From: Harriotta raleighana
Taxonomy: Eukaryota
Direction: 5' to 3'
Assembly (NCBI GenBank): GCA_050575255.1
Contig: JBNZDD010013726.1
Coordinates: 682,001 to 746,000 of the forward strand
Length of the DNA: 64,000 nucleotides
The position numbers and the translations under genes were made by a program. A model generated the notes under the pieces. The model searched no databases, was not told the DNA's origin, and saw nothing but the letters and a program-made list of their open reading frames with translations. Of this stretch, positions 53,901-64,000 are shown piece after piece (the first letter of the stretch is position 1; each line of letters begins with the position of its first letter).

Positions 53901-56900
53901 CAAGATAACTTAAACAAAAAGCTAGATGTGTATTTTTAAAGCAGCAATTGATTATAGTACAAACATTAGTGCGCTGGTGGCATATGTTTCATATGTTCAG
54001 AAATGTTCAGAAATAACCAATGTGATTTCCGCCTTGGAAACGACGTGGAATTGAAATTGATGCATAATAATGTGATCTAATAGCATTTCTGAAATGCTCC
54101 ATCTTTATATCTTACTTAAAACTTACAAATTTAGTTACTTTTCAGCTAATGAGATGGTTATATTTATCGTTGCTGAAGCGGCGAGGGAAATTGTAAGGCG
54201 ATATATATTTGTTGTATCTTTTTAAAATCAGAAACGTTTTCAGTAAGAGTTACGCGAGCACAACAATAAAATATTGTAATTTAAAAAAACTAAAGAAATC
54301 GAATAGATTCAATTAACATTTTGATTATTTTTTAAAAAAAACTTTCGGCATCACACAATGCATTGGATGGATCTCATTTAACAGACATGTTTGATTACCA
54401 ATTCTAAACCCTAATAAATCTGAATAATATACTCCTGATTTACTCTTGGATGATATATATTCGCTCTTGTTCACTTCATAATGTTTCCCGAAACAAAAAG
54501 ATTTGGCTATATAATGCACATAGCAGCAAAATGATGAGTGGAAGACTGATTAGAAGTATTCATCCCATTAATTCGGCTAGACGCTATCAGACCAAAGTAA
54601 AATAAATATTGATAATTTTTCCCTTATATGCCGTAGATGGATTAAATAAATTAAAATGCATTTGGGGCACAATCATTATGAAAATTCAGCTCACTAACCG
54701 GTTCTGTTTCTCTTGGGAAAGAAGCACTATAATCAGAAAATTATATTGCATGATGCTAGTTTTGAAATGGACATGCCTCGATCGCCTAAACGTGTTGTGT
54801 TGTGTTTATTGGCTATAATTGTGCAATACTCCCATACTTGAGCATTGACATACATGGACAAAATCAGAGAGCACAACGAGAGACCTTTAACCATGCTTTA
54901 ATTTCCCAGTTATTATTTAAACCTTGCTAAAGTAAGACATGAATAAATATAGATGATATTAACTTTGGCCTAGGCTAATTAAAAATACTGTCGTTTTATT
55001 CTAATGCAGTAAGGATTTGATCGAACCTTTTGCACGTGCAACTAGGCCCCGGTGATTCACAGACAAATAACACAAATCCTAAATTGTGGATTTTCTGAAA
55101 CAATTTGTTGCTTCGAATTTTAACCGGAAACGTCGACACGCTGATCTTATATCGGTCGCCAAATCAATTGCATTAAAATAGTATTCTACATTTTAACCAA
55201 GAGTGTCATGTTTCTCACGCGCATTACTGTTGTGAACAACCACCTTGGGGAGATTGGATACTTTTAATCGAATTAAAATAACCGGCAATTTATGAACAAA
55301 TGCCAGAGCTGTCCCCAGGGCGAGTTTACTGTGAGCGAGACAGTGTCACATATTGAACAACAAGACATTTCATTCTCACTTTCAAATCATCAATGTCTTA
55401 AACCAGCAAACCCACGTTTTGAAGGCTTTTTAAAACCCCCCCCCCCCCCCCACACACACACACCCCACCCACACGAACACATATACACAGGCACACACAA
55501 AGCAGATGCTAAATACAATCTCAAGAATATTTATTAACTCGTTGGCTGCTGAAAGGTGATATTGGATTTTCACTCAGAATATCACAGATGGGCTCAATGC
55601 TTTCTGTTTTCTTTTATCTGATCTCAGTCAATTCCACCCAAGTTTTAAATTGGAGCAACAACAACCCAACCGGAGCAATGGGTAATCCTGAAAATGATGA
55701 GAGTGTTAATAAGGTTGGCTTGTTCAAATCGAGGGGAAATCGTTGGACAGTGGATAATGAGAGAAATTGAAAAGAGATTTTTTTTTAAAAAAAACCAAGA
55801 AAGAAAGCCGTTGTATAGATGGGAGATTCGCGGTGAATTTCACCTGTGCATTTTTACGTGACACCAAGAGGACTTTCACATCGTAAACTAATATCTACTT
55901 GGCGTTTTAGCACCTTTTTGCTGATATGACATGACATTCTGATGCCATAAAATCCGCTTGCTTAACAAGGATTACATTTTAACCAGAAAATCCTTAACCG
56001 ATCGACGGCAAGAAACAGTGTCTGTGAATTGTGGCCACTTTGCCTCTGGTTGTTGACATTCCTGGCAGTGATAAAACCCCATTTTCTGTTTTATTTTCTC
56101 CACATATCGACGACCTTTAGTCACAAATCTGGAAAAACACCGAAAATATTCCAATCGCACAAATCCAAATTCGGAAACTCGGGTGTATCATTTTCACATT
56201 CTGATCCCATGGTATATTTTTAATGATTTATTTCCTTATGTGCAGAAATGATTTATTTCCTTGTGTGCTGGTCGTATTTATCGTCGATATTTAACACTTG
56301 AAGGGATACTTGCCATAAGATTTATAACCAAGCGTCGCGAGGAAAAGCATTTCATTCCCGAACCTTCAATAAACATTTGATATACTGTTGTCATCACTTG
56401 AGAATTTAAAAAAAACAATAACACGTCACGTCTTTGATTCATTTGTGTAAACTACACCAGTGAGAGTAGTTAGACGAGATATTCATTGTTTGTTCTATTT
56501 TATATACTGTGATACTTTTTGTTCGCTTACCCAGTGTATTTTTCCAGGGACCTAATATTGTCAATAACAAATAATAAGTCAGGATTTAGTGTACATCTTG
56601 GCACCTTAATGTCACATCACAAGCTTATATATAGGACACCTACGAAATAATTTCTGCAAGAAATATGATCAAGGTGGACCCATTGCAATAAGTGCAAACC
56701 CTTATTTAGCATAATATGTTAAAGACATAACCAGTCAGCAATAGGAATACAGAATGCAAAGCTTCATTCCAACACCCCTCCCCCCGCCCACCCCCCCNNN
56801 NNNNNNNNCCCCCCCCCCCCCCCCCCCCCCCCCCACATACATACACACACACAACTGAATTACGCAATTTTTGGGCAAATCAACATTTTAACTAACCCAC

Positions 56901-57661
56901 TCAAGCAGTGAAGAGCACACCANACAACTGAATTACGCAATTTTGGGGCAAATCAACATTTTAACTAACCCACTCAAGCAGTGAAGAGCACACCAGGTGG
57001 CACGTACACGGAGGGAAGATTAAACCGTGATGTGTTAGAACCTTTAAAAACTCAACTTACAATATACATCATTTTGAAATCTAATCGGGGTTGGGCGCAT
57101 TTTGTTTCCTCCCATTCATCTCCAGTTAATCCCTTCCAGATTTGAAAATAAAATCCTGGGTATTTGGGTTATTCTGAATTGTCTGCCTTTGTCTGTCGTG
57201 GAAGCTCTGCCTCCCTCTCCCCCCCCCCTCCCCACCACCCCCTCCTTCCCCCACCTCCTTCTCTCTGAGGATGCTTGGGGTTTCTGACAACCATCCTGTG
57301 TCAGTTTACCGCCTACATCACGGGAGAATCGCTTTGACGTTATTGGCCTTAAAACAAGGAGGGTCTGAAGGTTCACCCATTCCACATTCATAACTGCCCC
57401 AAAAGCTCAGCCTCCAACAAACAAGAGTTAAAGAGAAGGCGGCGACCAGGGATCTGATAGCTGCCCTTGTCAGGCGAGTCTGATCCAGGGATTTACTTGG
57501 AACTAAATTGATGCCCTCTGTGCGGTCTCAGGACTGGGAGACGTTTACTGGCTGAGAAAAGATAGCACACAGGACCGCGTGTTAAGAAACATCGAATGCC
57601 CACCGGTTTCGGTTGTAGCGAAACACGATTTGGGATTATATAACTCGTGATTTGTTGTGCA

Positions 57662-57752
57662 ATGTCATCGAATGCTCATTCGATCCGAGTCCTGACCGCA
57701 CACTACCATTCCATCGATCAACTGCGAAATCTCTCAATTAGTCAATATTCAG
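57662..57752 (+). CDS. PITX3: Candidate alternative first coding exon of PITX3 (MSSNAHSIRVLTAHYHSIDQLRNLSISQYS-D)
   Basis: ATG with purine at -3, 30 open codons, then G|gtaggg donor in phase 1, which joins the homeodomain exon in frame. Sits in a locally CpG-rich block. No homology recognised. Confidence 0.3.
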
Positions 57753-58449
57753 GTAGGGGAAATAGCTGCCTGGACGTAGGATCAAGTCAGAGTGTCACAA
57801 ATGATGGTTGTATTTACTATGTTCCCCCCCCCCTCTCTCTCTCTCTCTCCCATCCCATATATCTGTTATTAAAAGCTACAACTGGTGAAATAAATAATGA
57901 TCTGTCCTCAGTTAATCAACTTTAAAGCCACATTTGAAATAATACCATCAGAAGCACAGAAGGGGTCTACAGACTCATTGATCTCTTGAAATGAAAGGGG
58001 TTGTGGGGGGGTCGGGGTGGGGTGGTGAGGGGGGGGTGGGGAGAGGGGGGAACACAGTGGAAAACACCCATAATTAAAAGTAATAGTTAAAAGCGATGTA
58101 AAGTAATGACCAGATTAGTTTTATTCCCAACACAACTCTCTACCTGGCTCCAATTCGGGCCATTCCTTGAACTTGAAAGACAAGACGTGAAACTCATTCT
58201 CGCTTTGATTCGCACTCTATCATTATGATCAATTCTCTTGACACGTCAATTTTTCCTCCGTTGCAAAGCTCCTGAAAGGTTGTTAGTGAAAGTAACGCAA
58301 ATTTTGCAAGATCTGTATGTCTGCTTCACCCAGAAAAGATCTGGGTTATATTAGAAATAATCGATTTAATGTACTGTCTGAACAAAAGAGAAGATTAATT
58401 TTGGTGACATAATTGAAGCACTTTGGTTATATTTGTACGATTTTAATAA

Positions 58450-58824
<375 letters not shown>

Positions 58825-59964
58825 TAGAATTAAAATGGAACTGTGATAGAATTAAAATTATTACAACCATTTAATTGTTCAGTTTCCCCAAGACTCGTTT
58901 GATGGATTCATTGGCAATGTTGCAAAACGATCACAGCACACACACACACACACACACACTTGAGACCAACAGAATTTTAATATCCCAATCATTTAATTTA
59001 TCTCCATTACTTAATGTGAATTTGCAGATCTTGTACGAAGTGTAGTATTGCTCAGTTTTCAATGGTTTTCAATCATTCGATCTGTTTATAGTCCAGACAG
59101 TTAAACGTAACACCTTTTCGCATTCTTGATGCATCAATGCATAAAAAGTTTTTTTTTGAAAACTGCGTTTCATTTTAATACGATTGTAATGTGTGTTATT
59201 AAAGTGACTGTTGAAGTACTAATACTCCTGGGCGTTTCTGTCGGGGGTTGAGTATGGATTCCAATCCAAATATCCCGAATATTAACGTGGTTATGTCAGA
59301 ATTCAAAAATTCACTGACGTAATTTTGGAAATATTATACTCTTCATGCATTAGTTGAGTTTGTTTGAAAGGCATTTAATTCACTCATACATGACATAAGC
59401 AATTTAACGATGAACGGCCATTATTCACGGTGTATTTTAAATAAGAGAATGACCAAGTTCAGAATAGTTTTCGATGCATGGTTGTAGTGAATTCTAAACA
59501 TTACGACCATAACACAATACTACACCTTATAAATACAGACTGTCAAATATTTACACCTGTGGGACCCCGAAATAACTTAAGTGAAAGTTTTCCATACACT
59601 GTTGGGGTTTTTTTAATGGAAAATTTTCTAAGGAAAAAGCAAAATTGTGTAAACTGAATTTCATTAGCTCATTTTCTTTAAAGTTGCTTTTCATTTTCGT
59701 TTTGGCAGAGTAATTTTTTGGGGGAAACTGAGTTGTGTTTACTGTGGCTGTAGACGGCGTTTGTCGTTTTCATGTACCTATGGCTACACTTATCAACTTG
59801 AAATCATGTATGTCCTTGACGTGGAAGCGACACGTTTTTTTTCTCTAGAATGGAAAGGTCCAGGCATTGGAAGGGTTCACTTGAACCAATGAATTGCCTC
59901 AACGTTATGACATTCAAGCAATATGAGATTGAAATACCTGTTGTGTGCATAGAGCAAGCTCTAG

Positions 59965-60555
<591 letters not shown>

Positions 60556-61100
60556 ACCCAACGTTTTCTAAAATAAAATATCTGTTTAACCCCAAATATA
60601 TAACCTTTCATCCATCAATGTATATCACCAGTCCTTGACAACGCTGGCTAAAATGTTACACGTTCAAGTTGAGAAAATAAATTTCATTTTTTCCTCTCAT
60701 GAGGACGGGTTTAATAATGCTTTCATTGAGGAGTGTTGTTATCTATGTAATAAGATAACTATTGCAAATAATTATTTGCAATTTAAGTTGATATACAATA
60801 TGAAATATGCATGACCATTACAACACTGGCTTATAGGGGACCTACAGGTTGTAATGCAGGATATGATGTATATAATGATCTTTTTTGTTTTCTTTTTGTA
60901 TGTGATATGATAATCTATAAAGTAGTACTTTGAAAAGTAAAAAGCATGTCCTCCAACAGCGGATCTACGATCACTTACGCCATGAGTAAATATAGATTAG
61001 AAATGTAAAGGCTAATCCGCTGTGGATTATTTCAGTAATACAAACACATGCACGCGAATGCCTCTGTTATCCCTACACATCAATAATCAAATAAAAGGTG
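60556..61100 (+). other. PITX3: PITX3 3'UTR with candidate polyadenylation signals
   Basis: AATAAA hexamers near 60572, 60676 and 61090 downstream of the stop. Which one is used cannot be told from sequence. Confidence 0.5.
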
Positions 61101-61699
61101 ATTTCTTTTCTTTTATGAATATACCTTTGCAGAATTTGGTTCAACAGAACACTAAATTTATTTACCTGAATTATAAGACATACATGTACAGTTTTCCTTT
61201 ACACCCCATTATTTGCAGTGTATCCTGTGATCTTAGATTTGCTCCAGCAATATATTATTTCCTGTGGGTTTTTAATTTGTTGAGTTCTTAATATTTGTAA
61301 CTGTTTGACTCATTGCTTAAAGCTGACGGCAATGCCATTTCTAATTTCTGGTTCTAATCTATACTGTGCACAATATTCTCCAAGAGGCCAAAGTTTATGG
61401 ACAAGAAAGCTTGATTTGCACTCTGGCTAATGCTTAATAAACAGATTCTACAATTTTTGCGTATGTTATCTTATTGTTCAGAGTCAATGCGACGTGTTCA
61501 CAGTGTTGCTTTAACATTTACAAAACTTTCAAATCCATTTGGAATATACTCATTCTATGCTCATATCTCCAATCCTTCAAATTATGACCCTGGTTCAGAG
61601 CAAAAGGGCTGGTGATGTGCATGGGCTATGGTCATACTATTGGCAGAAAAACACCCAACATGAAACTACTGCAAATCAAATAATTGGAATCAGATCTAA

Positions 61700-62165
61700 A
61701 ATAACAATAACAACAACAACAACTTGTATTTATACAATGCCCTCCATGCTAGGCGGTGTCTCAGAGCACTCCATGGTGGTGAAGCCAAGGGGAGGGGGAA
61801 AGTGACCATTAGCACAGTCAAAGAGAAAGGTCTTCAGGCATGACCTGAAAATGGGAAAAGAGGGGGTGAGGCAAAGGGGTTGAGGGAGGGAGTTCCAAAA
61901 TTTTGGGGTGGAGTGGTTGAAAGCATGGCCACTGATGGTTGAGCAGAGGATTTGGGATACAAGGAGGAGGCCTGACCCAATAAAATGGAGGGAGCAGGTA
62001 CTGCTGTGTGGGGAGAGGAGGTCAGAGAGGTGGGTGCAGAGGAGTGGAGGAACTTAAATACAAGAGTGAGGATCTTCAAGTAGATCTGCTTTATGATAAG
62101 GAGCCAGTGCAGTAGGCAAGGACTGGAGGTAATCAGGGTACAAAGTTTGGTGCAGGTAAGAAACT
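61700..62165 (-). mobile_element. L2 3' fragment, same subfamily as 25245-26422
   Basis: LHWL...LKILTLVFK motif, (AAC)n tail, and similarity to 25245-25720. Confidence 0.8.
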
Positions 62166-62794
62166 TTAAAGCACAATATATGTAACTGGTTTGCACAATA
62201 GATTTGTTCTTGCTACATTGCGGCCTAAATATAGTTCTTATGAAACACTGATTTAAAAATAGCAGAATCCTGTGGATAAGCACACCTGAACATTCACGCA
62301 TCTGAATATCAGAATTATACTCAAATATAGAAAGCTGAGAAACAATTCTCTACCAACCCAACCCATATGATGCAAGTGGACAGTGCTGACTCCTCAAGAA
62401 TAGTGCCAGATGAAGTCATACTGATACTGGTTGTATGGTTGAAACATTGGACCATATATTTGAGTTGAAATTGTTGCCTTCCCACTGAAGAGAAGTTTTC
62501 AGAGAAGCACAGGTTGTTAAACAAAGAAGTGACTTGAGGTAAACCATTGAGTACCACTGACACAAATGCGGAGAAGCAAAAGGATAAAATGAATAAAAAT
62601 GAAATTTATGATTCTAACTACACTAACCTATTTGAAACAAAATAAGGAAAATAAGAAATCTAAGGACTATTAAAACATACAAGACCAAGAAATCAAGTAT
62701 GAATAATATGCTACACAACAATTTGCATTTATATAGTCTTTCTGGTGGACATCCCAAGGCACACCAACACTTGTGAACTGCATTATCAAAATAA

Positions 62795-63121
62795 ATAATG
62801 ATAATAATAATTGTTACATTTGATATAGCTATTTAACCTGTCTTCTAAATGTCTCAAAGTGCTTCACAGAATATACCATAAGATGTGGTGACTGTATATT
62901 TGTGGGCAAAATACAATCGCCAGTTGTGCACTGCAATGTCCCACAAACAGTAGTGGATTGACTGACCAAATTATTTATTATTATTTTTTCTTTGTTTTCT
63001 TCAGGGATTATTATCAGGCATATGGAGTAAGGAATCTTGACCAAGATTTTGCCCTGCCAGGAATTGAACTCGGGTCTCACTTGGGAGGTGAATGTTTTCA
63101 TCACTGAGTTGCAGGACTCCA
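62795..63121 (-). mobile_element. Short tRNA-head SINE, same family
   Basis: Head ggagtcctgcaactcagtg...gagttcaattcctggcagggc, core and tail as in other copies. Confidence 0.82.
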
Positions 63122-64000
63122 CATAGGCATGGCTATTGTGTAATAGGTGATATTACAGATACATTTCCATTTAAGTATATTGACTGAGTATATTGTTAGG
63201 TTGTAGTTCTACATTCCTGTGTCCCACTGGGGTAAATATTCACAAGCAGAATAAGTTGTTGATTATGTATTTGGTTGTCATCAAAGCAAGTTAAATTTGT
63301 ATTAACTTACATCCTTTGCAGGTGGTTTATCATGAATAAATGTCTCTGTTGGATGGTAAAATGGGAATACATTTTCCTGGTAATCAACAAGCTTATTTCT
63401 TGATGGCCTGGCAATATGTTTATCACAAATGCCATCAGATGCCAAGGACATAGAGTGCAGGAACCATTGACACTGACAGCTGCATGTGTCACCAAAACCC
63501 AGCCTAAAATGAATATTCCCCACCCACAAGCACACATAAATTTGAAACTATATATGGTAAATTGTAAACAACAGATATCTGGCAGTGATAACAAAGCCTA
63601 ATCCAATCTCTGGGATTCAGATGCAGTCGTAAGCCTCTGGAACTTTGCTCTTGTTATTCATGACATCATCTGAACACTTCATTAGATTGCTGCTTAAAAT
63701 TGCTCACAAATTTCTATTATTAGCTCTTTCTCCCTTAAGTCTGAAGTATTTTTAGTTAAACAATATCACACATTGTATTTCTGTTTAGTTTGTGAAACAT
63801 TTAGAAATCCTTTTGTGAAGTTTGTAATACTTCAAGAATCACTATTTAAGCAATTGTGGAAAGTTGAATTAAATTTTCGTATTAAAAAAAAGCTAAGTTG
63901 AACACAATACCAAAATCATATTTACTTAAAATCTCCACCATTGATTGAATTTTCAATTCAGTGACTAAAGATCATACTGTGTAACTGAATACTTTAATTA

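Noticed and set aside
56851-56995. 72-bp tandem duplication split by one N, with one base difference
   Set aside because: Typical unmerged contig overlap (two haplotypes) next to a poly-C gap.

Overview
This is vertebrate genomic DNA, most likely from a cartilaginous fish. That assignment is inferred from the repeats: Deu-domain/SacSINE1-like SINEs, L2 and CR1 LINEs, and a Penelope-type terminal repeat. It is not prokaryotic and contains no CRISPR or operon-like system. The window spans the head-to-head GBF1/PITX3 locus known from other vertebrates. GBF1 runs on the minus strand from a CpG-island promoter at about 43.2-43.9 kb, with coding exons at 38073-38168 and 31862-31928; the rest down to position 1 appears to be its large next intron. 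PITX3 runs on the plus strand with three coding exons (50839-50965, 58583-58788, 59992-60555; 298 aa, K50 paired-type homeodomain plus OAR motif). Positions 1-42.6 kb are rich in SINE, LINE and MITE relics, while about 42.6-61.7 kb is CpG-rich with no transposons I can recognise. The best leads are a 42-nt in-frame candidate GBF1 microexon, a candidate internal first coding exon of PITX3, a hammerhead-ribozyme motif in a Penelope-like relic, a fossil Academ-like transposase, and homeodomain-site clusters that may be PITX3 enhancers. Most ORFs in the supplied track are spurious or LINE-derived. Repeat boundaries are approximate and read by eye.
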